A DNA stretch of 64,000 nucleotides from Eledone cirrhosa (GCA_964016885.1 OZ024742.1:203360001-203424000), one strand, 5' to 3'. Shown: positions 26,300 to 40,437, counted from the stretch's first letter. Translations and numbers: made by a program. The notes: generated by a model not told the origin, from the sequence alone.

Positions 26300-27590
26300 A
26301 CCACACACACCAGCCACCCACCCCTGATGCCGCTCGGTGCCTCAGTCCCCGGCCCCACGTCCTTCCCCCACCCCTCCATATCGACACCTGCAGCACTTGC
26401 GGCACTACTAACAAACGGAAGAGGGGCCCGAACTGTTTGGGGTGTGGCTGCTTCCACCACCTCACCTGCGTTGGCTTGACTCGTCGAGCTTCCAACGCCC
26501 TCGCAGCGTGGAGGTGCAAGAGCTGCCTCTACCCCACGTCTTCCCGCCACTGCCGCCTGGCACACCACCAGATGGGACAGCGAACTTGCCTGACGCCCGA
26601 GCCTCGCTGGTCAACATCGCTCGGCTCAGGCGGCTCCGGAAAATCCCACTCAGGATCCCGAGAGCGGCACGGGTGCCGGTGGCCGATGCCCTCGCTTCCT
26701 CGATTGAGAGCGCCCTGGACTCCAATCGAGCCAGTGACTGGGAGCGGCAGTTCTATTTCGCCCTACTCGCCCTCGGCCTCCCCAGCTCTGGCGCTGACCG
26801 GGGCGGCCGGTCAGCAGCAGTCTTCGTCAAGGTAAATGTCTCGTCATTTGGGCGAGTGCCCATTCCAAGCGTGCCCAGGGACGCCACACACCCCACCCTC
26901 AGGTACCCCCTATCCTCCACCACCGAGGCCAGCGCCAAGTGTTTGCGTGACCAGGTAAACGCAAAGCTTATCATGGGTGATGTCTCGGCCGTAGTCAGAG
27001 TTGTTGCCTCAGAGGACACTGTCGGCCTCCACCCTCTTTCCTGTCGCCACAGTGCCGGCCGCATTCCACGCCATACTGCCCTCAACGAGGTCATTAAGCA
27101 TGGCTTGGACGCTGCAGGCTTCCCTTCCCAGCTCGAGCCGGTGAGGCTGGATCGAGGGGACGGCAAAAGGCCAGATGGCATGACCATCTTCCCGTTCCGC
27201 GGTGGCAAACCCCTCGTCTGGGATGCCGCTTGCACCGACACTTTCTGCAGCCGCAACCTGACCCAGGTTCTGCTGCATGTCGGGCTGAGGGGGCCAAACT
27301 CCTCAAATACCGGTCGCTCTCCGACAGGTTTGCGGTCGTTCCCCAGGCAGTGGAAACTTCTGGTGTCCTCGGCCCCAGGGCTACCTCCTTACTCACCACC
27401 ATAGGCGCTGAGCTGGCCAGCCGTAGGTGTGAGCCCCGCGAGTTGGAGTGGCTTTTCCAGCGCTTCTCCATTGCGGTCCTCCGGGGAAACGCCTTCTCCA
27501 TTCTGTTCGCCAGGGCTATGGATGGGCCCCATCGCGTACCATTACATTAGTTAAATACCATTCTTTCATTCCAGTAGAGTTAAATAAACA
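26300..27590 (+). mobile_element. CRE-clade non-LTR retrotransposon derivative lacking RT (PHD finger, N-terminal region, RLE)
   Basis: PHD-type C4HC3 CSTC..CLGCGCFHHLTC..WRCKSC (26389-26529); LRIPRAARVPVADAL..W..GDVSAVVRVVASEDT; then directly GLHPLSC..RH..LN..EP..GKRPDG..WDA and AVETSGVLGP..LFQRFSIAVLRGNA; frameshifts near 26545 and 27265. Confidence 0.85.
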
Positions 27591-27899
27591 TGTTTGTGGT
27601 TCTATTTTATTTAGCATCCACTCAATATCGCCCTTCATCACTCTAAATTACATCTCACACTATTTCAAACCATAGACCTAGAATAAAACGTTTCCAGTGA
27701 CAGAACTAAAGACGGAGGTTGAATGATATTTTTCTCTTATAAACTATAAGTAATGCAGTAGTTAGGGTGTCGTGGGTTCCTGGATTGTGTGGCGTGTTGT
27801 GCTCTTGAGCAAAATACATTATTTCCCGTTGTTCCTTCTGCCAGAGGTGGTGAGCAGCAGATAATATCAGGAATGGAAACAGTTTCCTTGGTCTCATAT

Positions 27900-30800
27900 T
27901 TAATTGTTTCTACTTTTGGCACAAGGCCAGCAGTTACACAGTACATTACTGGTACTTTATTTTATCGACCCCGTAAGGATGAAAGGCAAAGTTAGAGATA
28001 AACGTTCCAAAATATTTCTTTATTTTAACTTTCATGTAACACCGTATTTTTTTTATCGTGTTCTTGTGTGTGTTTAAAGAAGAGAGAGTATTCGGAACTT
28101 ATCTATGTCTGCCATAATCGTCTGTTTTAGTGAAATCTCTCTAAATTACATCTCACTCCATTAATAATAATTGTTTCTACTTTTGGCACAAGGCCAGCAA
28201 TTACCCAGTGCATTACTGGTACATTATTTCATCGAACCCCGTAAGGATGAAAGGCAAAGTTAACCTCGGCGGGATTTGAATTCAGATCGTGTAAGGGACG
28301 TAACTATGCTGGAAAGCATGGCGTCCGACCCTCTACTGATACTGCCAATCCACCGCTTCCAATCTACTTAATAATAATTGCTTCTACTTTTGGCACAAGG
28401 CCAACAATTACCCAGTGTATTACTGGTACTCTTAATAATAATACACCTGGAAAAGAGCTTTACAGTGTGAGAAGTAAAGATGGGTGAAATATATTTCTCT
28501 ATTCTAATCTATATGTAATGTCATGTTCTTACATAACAATAGACCTAACTTAAATAATCTTGATGAAAGAGTGAGTGTCTGTTTATGTAAGAAAGAGAGA
28601 AAATGAGATAGACTTGTCTGTCTCCTAGTATCTCTGTTAAAGTGAACTCACTCTAGATTACACCTTACATCACGTAACAACACGTATGGAATAAAACCTC
28701 TTTAGTAGGAGAGGTAAAGATAAAGGTTGGAACATAGTTGTCTATTTTAACCTATATATAATGACGTCCTTCTCTATCGTCTGTTTCAGTGAAATATTTC
28801 TAAATTGCTCCTCACCTCATTACAAAACATCTGAAATATAACTACTTCTGCAGACAGAACCGGTGCCAACTTAAAACCATTCCTAAGTGGGTTGTTTGTT
28901 TTCTGTGTTATTTTTCATTGTTTTTTTTTCCTTGTTGTTATTATTATAATAGTGGTGGGAGATTGGCTGAATCGTTAGAGCGCCACACAAAATGCTTTTC
29001 GGTATATAGTTACTGCACTTTGCGTTCTGAGATCAAATCCTGCCGAGGTTAAGTTTTGCCTTTCATCCTTACAGGGTCGATAAAATAAAGTACCAGTAAC
29101 GCACTGGAGTTGATTTAATTGACTTTCCCCTCTCCCCAAATTGTTGGCCTTGTGCCTAAATCAGAAACTATTATTTCTATAATTATTATTGTTGCTGTTG
29201 TTGTTTAACCTCAGGTTTGCTCTGATCTAGACTTACAACGAAAAGAGTTCCAATTATAACCATTCCATTTTTTTCCAGATGTAGGTACTGTATCTGTGGA
29301 ATACATTATCCAATTTCTTCTTCTTTTTAGTTGGTGAGGGGGGAGGGTCAACTGGAATGTCGGTAGGAGTGAATATTTTGGAGGGCAATTTAAATACCTG
29401 GGAGTGAAAATTAAATGTTTGTGACGAACATATTTAAGTATTAAGCCCCCCTTCGACCATAACTGCATCTGGAAAGTTTTCCAAACTTAGGAAATGTGTT
29501 TTGTCGAAGACCCGTAGTCACCCATGCATCGCGGTCTCAGCTCCTTACACAACCAATGTTGCCATTCACATATACACTTATATATACATTTTATACACTA
29601 TATACACTATAAATAATGTCCAAAAGAAAAGATGAAGCCAACAATGCCTGTTACCAGTGACGAAACAATTATTTTGTTCCAACAGATTGAACTAAAATAA
29701 AGTGTATTGCTTCAAGATACCACAGGCCGCTTGTTCCGGAAATTGAACTCATGGCCTTACGACTGCAAACCCAACGTCATAAAAACCAAGCCATGAGCCT
29801 TCAATTTAAATAGCATAACTTTTTAACAGCAAACATGCTTTTATATTGCGAAGGTAGCTCCAAATCATTTGAGGTGTCATGGTGGGGGCAGGGAGTAGCA
29901 AAGGTTAAGAAGCATTGATGTAGATGGTTCCAAATTGGCACGGTGTTGGGGGAATTGGAAAAAAGAAACTTGAAAGAATTTTCAAATTCTTTGATCACAA
30001 GGATTCATGAGTCAGGAAAAAAGTTCGTGGTTAAATAACGACAACAGTAACAATATTTTTTTAAAGTTTTCAAAAAATGTCATTAATTGATCATACTTGA
30101 CCTTAGGTTATTATCTAAGAAGCTAATAAGGAGTAAGGATAAGGATAGGATGAACGAGTTCATGTATTTAGTCAGCTTAGCAATATAATTTGGTGAAAGT
30201 TGACCTGATGTCATTCGGATTGGTAAGATCGGTAGAGCGTCGGACATGCTTAGCGACTAGGAGTTATGGCCCTTTACGTTCTGAGTTCACATCCCGCCAG
30301 GTTAGCTTTGATTTTCATCCTTAAGGATTCGATAAAATAAAGTACCAGTAATGTACTGAGGTCGATTTAATCGACTTTCTCCTCCCCCCAAATTGCTGGC
30401 TTTGTGCCTAAGCAGTATTTTGGCAGCATCAATAGATGGTTAGAGAAAATTCTTTACGGTATTTAGTCACGACTTTCTACGTTTTGATTTCAAATCTTGC
30501 CGAGGTTAATTTTGTCTTTCATCCTTCCAGAATCGCTAAAATATACTACCAGCTAAATACTGGGGTTCATATAGTCGAATTTCCCCATCCCCGAAATGTA
30601 TGGCCTTGTGTCTATGTTAGAAAGAATTACTTAATATTCACGTAGATTGTCAAAATTGGAAGTGTGTGACAAAGGCTTTGCGGTATCTCTTTCGGTCCTA
30701 TACGTCCAAATCCCGACAATGTCAACTTTGCCTTTCATCCATCCACGGTAAATACTAGGGTTGATATACCCAACTTTCTCATGCTCCAAAATTGCTAGCC

Positions 30801-31000
30801 TTGTGTCTAAATTAGATATCATTACTTAAGAAGTATGTATTTCTTCCGCCCTTCTAAGGTCAAACACCATCGAGGCCAACTTTATCTTTCATACCAGTCA
30901 AATAATGAGGTTGACGGAATCGACTTCCTTATTCCACACCAAATTGCTGGCCTTCTGCCTAAATTAGAAGCCCTTATTTAAGAAACATGTAAAGCTGAAG
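27900..31000. mobile_element. Multiple Meta-like SINE copies
   Basis: 27900-27995 (-), 28166-28430 (-), 28953-29175 (+) and decayed tandem copies at 30215-30980 (+). Confidence 0.75.
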
Positions 31001-32311
31001 GAAGAGTCCAATTTCTTTAGTCAGGTTAATAATATCTTTGGGGTGGGGGTTGCATACATCAAATTTCATTTAAAATTTGTCAGAATTTTGTTGGGTGTAT
31101 TTGTATGTACACATGTGTAAGATTATGTGTGCATGTGTAGGTTTTTGTGTGAGCGAATGCATGTGTGTGCTTGTATTTTTCATGTACTGATGCATACGTG
31201 TTTGTGTGTTTTTGTATGTGTGTATTTGTACTTGTGTGTATGCTCAAGCCAGCGTATGTGCATGTGTTTTACATATATATGTGTGTGTGAACGTATGTGT
31301 TGGCTTGTGCTGGCGATTCCATGAGCGTGTTTCTTTGTTGTGGGGGTGGTGGTGTGGTGATGTAACGTGGTTTCGTAATTATAATGCGTCTGGTTGTGTT
31401 ACAAGAGTCGGCTGGGGGCTTGGGTAGAGTGAGGACTGGGAGGTTACATGGAATCGAATTGTGGTTTGAGGTAGGGTGTGTAGAGAAGCGGACAAGTATG
31501 AGTTACTTGTTCCAGCAGATTTTCAAACTCGTAAATCAAATTTCAAAAGGAGAAAATGACTTTCATATTTTTGTTATGTTATTTTGTTGATATTGTTATT
31601 TGTCTTATTATTTTTTGTAGTAACAGTAGTAGTAGTGGTGGTAGTAGTTGTAATAGTAGTAGTAGTAGTAGTACTAGTGGTGGTGATGGTGGTGGTAGTA
31701 GTGGTGGTGATGGTAGTAGCAGCAACAACAACAACAACAGCAGCATCTCGTTGATGTTGTTGTTATTGTTGCAGTTCTAGTTGTTTTAATTGCATTTGTT
31801 GTCATAGTTTTTTCTGCTGTTTAATAGTTGTGCTGGTTGATCAGGATGATGATCATGTTATTGTTGATGATGGTGATGATGATGATGAAAAATTGTAGGC
31901 GTTATTGATGTTGTGGTTGTTTCATTACTACATAATCAGCTTTCTCCAAAATTGCGAAAGCCTTACTTTTGTTGCAGTTTTATTTTTTCACCAGATTCCT
32001 TTACTTTATTATTCACTCACTGAATCAGTTCTATCGTGGTACCATTGACTATAGTGAAGAAATTTACCTTGCTAATTCAGTCAGCCGCTATATGACAGAA
32101 GTCCAGCGAGATAACTCAGACAATTGTGTAACATAGGTCGACCAAAAAAGTAGCTCAGTCTTCTATGTGACTAAATTCACCGCGAAAACCTGATTAACGA
32201 TGTGACAAAGTCTACAGTGGACGACCACCCCGTGAGATGTACACCCAGCAAAATAATCTCAGTCCACTATGTGACTAAGTCCACCGAAGTAACTAAATAA
32301 ATTATATAATA

Positions 32312-32725
32312 TACTCTCAGGTCTCGAATAATCGTCCCTCTCATTCCCGCTTCTATTCCAACCCCCCCGCTCTTATTCCAATCCCTGCCTATTAAATTTT
32401 TCTAATCTATCTCCGGCAACATTTTATTTTAAGTGGTAGCATTCCTGCGACAATTAATTATCTTTAGACATTAAAAAACATTATATATGACAAAAAAGTA
32501 CATTACTAGAAATCCCATATGTTATAAAATAAATAGGATGGGTTGGGGGTCTCAATATGTAAACTAAATGATTAATTCTGGTTTTTTTAAATAATCAACG
32601 AGACAACCTAGAAAAAAGAACGATTTTCCACCACCTCTCACACACTTCCTCGCTTATTCCAACTCCCCGCCTATTCACCCCAGCTCTCGTTTATACCACC
32701 TCCTGTTATTTGGGACCCGAGATTA
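32312..32725. mobile_element. MITE (Tc1/mariner or pogo-like)
   Basis: Imperfect TIRs TACTCTCAGGTCTCGAATAA and TTATTTGGGACCCGAGATTA; subterminal CTTATTCCAAC repeats. Confidence 0.55.
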
Positions 32726-32749
32726 AGTGATGTATAAACCCCAAAGTTC

Positions 32750-33712
32750 GCCACGGTCTCGGCTGGCAAGTACCTCAGTCCACCAGGTGACATAATTCCA
32801 CTGAAACAACACAACCCACCAAGTGTATGTGAGTGTGTGCTAATGAGTGTGTCTTGGACATCCGTCGGTTCAGAGGACGAGTGTTCCAGAGTGCTTGTGG
32901 TATTAACCTGCAAGTAACTGAGCACCTCGCAGACACGTGTATCATTAACCTCTTTCGCATGAGGATTCGGTGTGATAGAATGTGACATGGCTGATCCTTT
33001 GATACATTTTTGTCAGCTGAGTGACCTGAAGCAACGGGAAATTAAGCGTATTGCTGAAGGACACGACAAGCTACCAGGAATCAAAGTCACTATTTTACGA
33101 TCCATAGCTGCACACTAACCAATAAGCCAAGCGCTTCCACAAGACCACGAAGGTGCCCATTGTACATACCCAAGACCCACAGAGCAATGCTTAATTATAC
33201 AGTAAAAATACTCCCTAAAACTTATACGACTGAAAGGTTATAGACCAGATATTTGAAGGGTGAGGGGAACAAATAATTAAATTCACTAAACATTGCTGGA
33301 AGGGTGAAAAGATGAAGGATGACCTCTAAGATTTCAACTCAATGAAAGGAACCGGAACGCATATAACAAGTTATTTTGTCCGATATTTTAACGATTCTAA
33401 GTTTTGTTTCTAACACAGGCACAATGCCAGGGATCTGGGGTGAAGCAAACGGTCCCCTATATTGACCCCAGTGCTTGGCTAGGACTTTATTTTATGGACC
33501 TTCGGTTAGAAATGACCACGGGATTAACACCTAGCAAGTTCCCCTCAGAGGCGCAAGTCCGGACAAGGTCTTTTGTGGAAGACCACCAGTTGCCAATGTG
33601 TATCAGGTGAGTAAACTGGAGCAACGTGAAATAATGTGTCTTGCTCAAGGACCCAACGCGTCACCCGGTCCGAGAATCGAACTCACAACCTCCCGATTGC
33701 AAGCCCAATGCT
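32750..33712 (-). mobile_element. Two CORE-like SINEs and a decayed Meta-like SINE
   Basis: GCAACG(G/T)GAAAT..TTGCT(G/C)AAGGAC core near 33030-33065 and 33620-33655; tRNA-like heads at their right ends. Confidence 0.65.
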
Positions 33713-33832
<120 letters not shown>

Positions 33833-34904
33833 TATGATGACTGCCCCCTCGTTATCGAGTATGGCCATTGCACGATATACCATTATTAATAATTATTAAT
33901 TAATTCTATCGTGCAATGCCTATGCGTGAAGATATTTTTTAAAGGGAGGAACGACTGTGCACTGAGCCAATCCCACTCTCTGAGCGACAGTAGCTATAAC
34001 CCGAAAAGAAGAAAAGATCAACATCATCGGAAACTACTGAGCCGCAGGTTTTATATCGGAGTTATCCCAGTTTCCTGAGTTGCCTTCTCCTAGAAGAATG
34101 CCCTGACAAAGGCTAGGGGTCTTCACTCCCAGTGGTTTAACCACGCGGTACATGTGTATAAACATATTTACATGTATGTATGTGTGTGTGTGTGTGTGTG
34201 TGTGGAGAGAGAGAGAGATGGACAGACTGGTAGATAATATTGAACACGGAGAAAAAAAGGTAAATATGACTTCGTTGAGATTGAAACTCAGAACGTAAAA
34301 GGCCATACAAAATACAAGACATTTTGTCCGACGCTCTACCAATTACATAAATCCAACGCCGTTCCCACCCAGACTATTGAAAAATAATAATTGTTATTTG
34401 TATTACCTATAATTAGAGAAACTAATTAATGTCATTTATTGACATTTAAAATACTCACGAAATAAGTTCATAAGGATCAACAAATTTAGCAACCAAATAA
34501 TAATTACGATAATAGCCATCATCATCATAGTCATCATTAACACAACCGCTATAATCAACATCGTCATCATCATCATAGTCATCATTAACACAACCGCTAT
34601 AATCAACATCGTCATCATTATCATAGTCATCATTATCATAGTAATTAATATAAAGATAAACACAGCCACAATAATGGTTCCTGATTTAGGCAAAAGGCCA
34701 ACAATTTTGGGGGAGGGGAAAGTCGATTAAGTCGATCGCAGTGCATTACTGGTACTTTATTTTATCGACACCGTAAGGATGAAAGGCAAAGTTATCCTCA
34801 ACGGGATTTGAACTTAGAACGTAAAGAGCCATACAATCTATGCTGTAGAGTATGGTGTCGGACGCTCTACCGATACTGACAAATTAACCTTCCACACAAC
34901 CACA

Positions 34905-35500
34905 ATAATAATAATGATTTCTTTCATTGGCCACAAGAGCCCTAGGCGTTGGGAACAATACAAGGACAAAAGAACAAATAGTGGGGTGTTCCGCAAGTAA
35001 AGGAAAGAACACATCACCGCAGAGAAAACAGTACGAATAGAAATAATAAAAATCTTAGTGAATATGTATAATAGGAGAAAACAGTAACAAATGTTAACAA
35101 AGACCCAGTTTTCAAATAGTGGGGCTGAGAGTCTGCAATTTACGGTGACTCCAAGGAGAACCCTTCAAAAAAACCTTGTTGCTTCACAAGCTTTGAAAAT
35201 GCCCACCTGCTTAGAAAATCATAGTAACATAGGCCTATTCAGTCTCTTCAATATCGTCACTCTCTCGTATTTTTGACAAAACTCACTTTATCCTCACTTT
35301 CTTCCTCAGAGTGTATTTTAAACGAATCTCCGATACAGCTTCCTTCGCCATAATTACCAGGCAGAAAAAGACTTTTTGCGCCTCCCTTCTAAAAGAAGTT
35401 GCTGATTCAATTTTCACTATATACCTGGATGTTGAATGGATAGTAAGTCATAGCATATAACACAGATTCATCGGCTTGCGTGCATCTCGGACAGGTCTGC
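34905..35500 (-). mobile_element. Decayed Tx1/L1-like LINE 3' end
   Basis: Minus strand IVKIESATSF..VFFCLVIMAKEAV..KYTLRKKVR is homologous to 53141-53430 and 60220-60450; 3' end CTTGTGGCCAATGAAAGAAATC(ATT)n. Confidence 0.7.
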
Positions 35501-35514
35501 TTATTGGCACTTTA

Positions 35515-36930
35515 ACAATTGTTTCTACTTTTGGCACAAGGCCAGCAATTATCCCAGTGTATTACTGGTATTGACATTTTAATAATGGTTTCTTATATAA
35601 GCACAAGGCCAGCAATTTGGGGGGGTGGGGAAAGTCGATTAAATCGACTCCAGTGCGGGACTGGTGCTTTATTTTATCGACTCCGTAAGGATGAAAGATA
35701 AAGTTAACCTCAGTGGGATTTGAACTCAGATCATGAAGGGCCGTAACTCTATCCTGCAAAGCATGGCGTCCGATCCTCTACCGATACTGCCAATCCACCG
35801 TCCTATTGGCACTTTAATAATGGTTTCTTATATAGGCACAAGGCCAGCAATTTTGGGGGGGGAGAAAGTCGATTAAATCGACCCCAGTGCGGGACTGGTA
35901 CTTTATTTTATCGACCCCGTAAGGATGAAAGGCAAAGTTAACCTCGACAGGATTTGAACTCAGACCATAAAGTGCTGTAACTCAATGCTGCAAAGCATGG
36001 CGTCCGACCTTCTACCGATACTGCCAATCCACCGCCCTATTGGCACTTTAATAATAGTAATTAATTCTAACATTTCCACAAGACCAACAATTTCGAAGAA
36101 GAGGAGAGTCGATTATATTGACCCAAATATTTAACTGGTATCAAACCTGGAATGATGAAAGGCAAATTTGAACTCTGCGGAATTTGAACTCGGAACATAA
36201 AAAGCCATGATAAAACACTATAAAACGTTTAGCCATGGTTTTTTAGATTCTGAGAAGGGCTAGTTTTGTTCCAGTAACCAGGTTCCTGTCTGTTGGTCTC
36301 TTCTAAGATGACTGTACTAGTGAGGAGTGTGAGGTTTATATAGCCAAATATCAAATGTTTTGGTCAAGTTACACTTTTTCTCTCTGTTAACTCAATTATA
36401 ATTCTTTGTACGTATGGCCTGGACGAGCCACAGCTATTTCACCAAGTCCGTAACGTACTGGTGAGATTTAATCAACTTTACTCTCTCACCAAAATTGTTG
36501 GCCTTGTGCCTAAAGTAGAAACAATTATTATTATTGGCGGTGGATTGGCAGTATCGGTAGAGGATCGGACGCCATGCTTTACAGCACAGTTACGTCCCTT
36601 TACGGACTGAGTTCAAATCCCGCCAAGGTTAACTTTGCCTTTCATCCTTATGGGGTCGATCAAATAAAGTACCAGTAATACACTAGGATAATTGCTGGCC
36701 TTGTGCCAAAAGTAGAAACAATTATCATTGGCACAAATAGGGCGTCGGACACCATGCTCCACGGCATAGAGTCACGGTCCTTTACATTCTGAGTTCAAAT
36801 CCCACCGAGGTTATCTGAGCCTTTCATCCTTATGGGGTCGATAAATAAAGTACCAGTAATGTACGGGTGTCAATTTAATCGAGCCCCCCCCCCCTTTAAA
36901 AATTGATGTGCCGAAAGTAGAAACCGTTAT
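35515..36930. mobile_element. Meta-like SINE cluster (minus array 35515-36230, plus array 36455-36930)
   Basis: Repeated full and partial copies; the spacer TATTGGCACTTTAA recurs between units. Confidence 0.85.
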
Positions 36931-37154
36931 TATCGACTCAATTATCGTTCCTCGTATGTCTTTTGTCGTTGGTGTTGTTAATTTATTTATTATTGTGGTG
37001 TTTGTTTTATCTTCCTTTCCGGCGATTTCTATTGTTTGCTCTATTGCAGTAAGTTGTTGTGCGTTACCCTGAAGCGGTTGTGGCTGTGGTTGGTGGAATT
37101 GGCATTTTTGAGATTGTTTTGCGGGGGAGGGTGGTTTATTGTGCTGTCTGCTAT

Positions 37155-37700
37155 GATCATCATCATCACCATAAACACCACCACTACAACCACTACCACA
37201 TGCACCAACACTATCCTCACCACTATCACAACCACAACCACATTCACTACAACCACTACCACATTCACTACCACAACCACTACCACATTCACCAACACTA
37301 CCCTCACCACTATCATAACTACTACAATCATCCACACCAGCAAAAATACTAACAGCACAACCATCAACAACAGTTGCACTATCAGCAAAACCAACAACAA
37401 CAACGCCTACACCATCAACACCATCACGAACCCTACCATTACCCTCACCAACATCACTACCATCGCAAAAATCACCACTACCTACGTCATCACTATACCA
37501 CAACTACCACCATCACCACCAACAACACCACTACCATTACCAATACCACCACTATCGCCACTACCAATACCACCACCATCACCACCAATACCACCACCAA
37601 TACCGTCACCAACGCCCCCACTAGAGCCACTACCATCGACATTAGTACTATGACCACCACCACTTTCAACAATACCATCACCAACACCATCATCATGTAT
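37155..37700. repeat. (ACC/ACT)n low-complexity tract
   Basis: Source of the Thr/His/Pro-rich ORFs at 36811-37730. Confidence 0.8.
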
Positions 37701-37919
37701 GTAATTTAGTCTATAATTAGTCACGCTCAAGTTGTATCGATTATTTCAATCAGAAACAAATAAATAGACAAATACCTGAACTAAATAATTAAAGTATTGA
37801 TCTCATTATCCAGTATTATCTAGATTTATAGATCTCTTAACATACACAAATTTATAGATTTCTTAACATACACAAATACACACACACATACACACACACA
37901 GACACACACACACACATTT

Positions 37920-37968
<49 letters not shown>

Positions 37969-38527
37969 CTTTAGATTTTTTATATTTATATTGAGGCGAT
38001 GGTTGTTCATAAGGTACATTATTATGTAAAAACACATACATACATAGATACATAGATACATACATATATTCATACAAATATATGCGAGTGTGTATATGTG
38101 TGTGAATTGAGACAATAATGGGTATGTTATGTATTAGGTGCAACACTATTATACACTTCTACATAGTGTGTGTACGAATGTGTGTATGTGTCTGCGTGTG
38201 GATGGACACACATACATACATATACACAGATATATATGATAAAGATTTTTTAATGATAAATTTAATAGAATTTCACAAGCGAGATATGATGGAAATAAAG
38301 TGAGAGAATTTCTTATGGGAATCAAACCAAATGTTTGGTGTAAACCAAGCTAACGTATACAGTACTACACTAAGGCCATCTGACAGATTTACAACGTCAC
38401 ATTTAACGTATTTAAATGTCTGACAAGACAAACCACTATTGTTTACCTCCAGTAATATCGCATGACTTTCGTTGTTAAGAAAGTAGTTACGTAACATAAC
38501 CAGCCGTGGACAGCTACAATCCCATGA

Positions 38528-38650
<123 letters not shown>

Positions 38651-38942
38651 TATATATATATATTAGTAAAAAGGAAAAGAAAATGCTGACAAATTTTTAT
38701 ATATATTCATATATTTTAAAAATAGTAAACTGGGAACAAAAAACAGAAAAACGTATATATATATATATATATACATATACAAATTTTAGTACAGCATTAA
38801 CGAAGCTTTAGGCTGCAGCTAAGCTAACGAATGCAGATTCAGAATGTATCTTTAGCACTCGATGGAGAATAATACCCCTGAGTTATAACAATACGTTTAG
38901 ACAGCTTTGCAGATCAAATATAGCGACCGGGAGTCCAGCCGC

Positions 38943-38956
38943 ATTGCCATAGCAAC
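38943..38956. promoter_or_regulatory. Candidate RFX X-box
   Basis: ATTGCCATAGCAAC is close to the GTTGCCATGGCAAC palindrome and lies in a non-repetitive, CpG-retaining island (38790-39330). Confidence 0.35.
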
Positions 38957-39847
38957 AAAAAGGCCTGGACTCAGGAAAAGATTTTTGACTGACCTGGACC
39001 ATCACGCGGAGATCGAATGCAACACATAACGCATATCGTATAGCATACGATATACATCACATATAACATACAACATCCACGCTAGGTTTCTGTAAATCCG
39101 AGATCGACTAAATCCGCTTGCAGCGGTCTGCAAGTTAATGGCCTTTCACGACAGAACAAAGGATTTACTTGGTCAACAAGTGTTCTATAGCCTCAGCGGG
39201 TGTGTTTTCTAGCAGTAAATTTCGCTATAGACACGTGGTTTTCTCCAAAGGAGGTAACCCCCGTTTTGGCGGTGAATTCGAAATTTGAGACAAAGGAATG
39301 AAATTCCCTTAGAAAAACCGAAGTAAGCACTCAACCAAAAGTTATCAAACAAACATAAACAATTAATCAATCAATAGAATTGTCTAATTAAATTAATCAG
39401 TTAGCTGGAACGAATAACGAAAGCTATTCTTTCTGACGTTCTAATAACTCTGCTAACCCACCGCCTATATTCTTTCTATACACACACATATATATATATA
39501 TATATGGACAGATAGATAGATAGATAGATAGATATAATGTACATGTATATACATATACACATATATATCTACAAACATATGCATATATATAATGCAATGA
39601 AATATCTATGATCGTCGGCAAATCACTGATGAGGGACTTATTTTATTACATGTTATCCATGTGCAACCTGCAGTATTCTTCTCCCCATTTTTTCACATAT
39701 ATATATATATATGGTATTTTCTTCGTGGTTATAAGAGGCTTAGCTCTGTTTCTCGACCGTTATATCGCGTGACTATCTCCCCCTCCGCCTTTTGGGATTC
39801 TTTCTCACGTCGTGTAGACGCGTTCTTGAGACTAGTAAAATGAGGTA

Positions 39848-39935
39848 TCCTCTTGATAAGTCGGCAGACCTCGCAAGGACTCTATATCTTTGATATATTG
39901 TTTTTGTTTATGCCACGAAACTACGTAGTCGAGGA
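39848..39935 (+). ncRNA. Type I hammerhead ribozyme, U3:A8 core variant (copy 1)
   Basis: TCCTC-TTGATAA-GT(C)GGCA...TGCCAC-GAAA-CTACGTAG-TC-GAGGA; GUC triplet; predicted cleavage after 39930. Confidence 0.75.
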
Positions 39936-40437
39936 ATTTAGGAACAGTTTAGGTATGATACATTTTATTACTAATTATATCTAAATGTTTCTTCTCTCTT
40001 CATAATGTATTTTTAACTCTGATACTGGTTCAGTCTAGTTCAACCGGATTGGTCTGTCCCAGTCATTCATTGAGCAACATCGGTGAAGTTGGCACCTTTA
40101 ACTCACAGTTGGGTGCGGATGCATTCATGTATATATGTGTGTGTCCGCATGTATCTGTGTGTTTCTAAATATATTAATAACTCCCTCTGGTCGAGCAATC
40201 TTTGAAGTGTAGGGACAACTGGAAAGCTTCCATTACTCATACTTCTCGCCTTCTTCACTACCTCTTCTACGGCCTCGATATGAATACCCCCTCCGCCTCC
40301 GTGGTATTTTCTTCGTGGTTATAAGAGGCTTAGCTCTGTTTCTCGACCGTTATATCGCGTGACTATCTCCCCCTCCGCCTTTTGGGATTCTTTCTCACGT
40401 CGTGTAGACGCGTTCTTGAGACTAGTAAAATGAGGTA

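Larger units (their letters stand above)
23625..28860 (+). repeat. Degenerate ~130-170-bp minisatellite interrupted by SINEs and a CRE element
   Basis: Motif CTATCGTCTGTTTCAGTGAAAT..CTCTAAATTAC..CTCAC recurs near 23654, 24833, 24953, 25115, 27640, 28115, 28628 and 28773. Confidence 0.6.
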
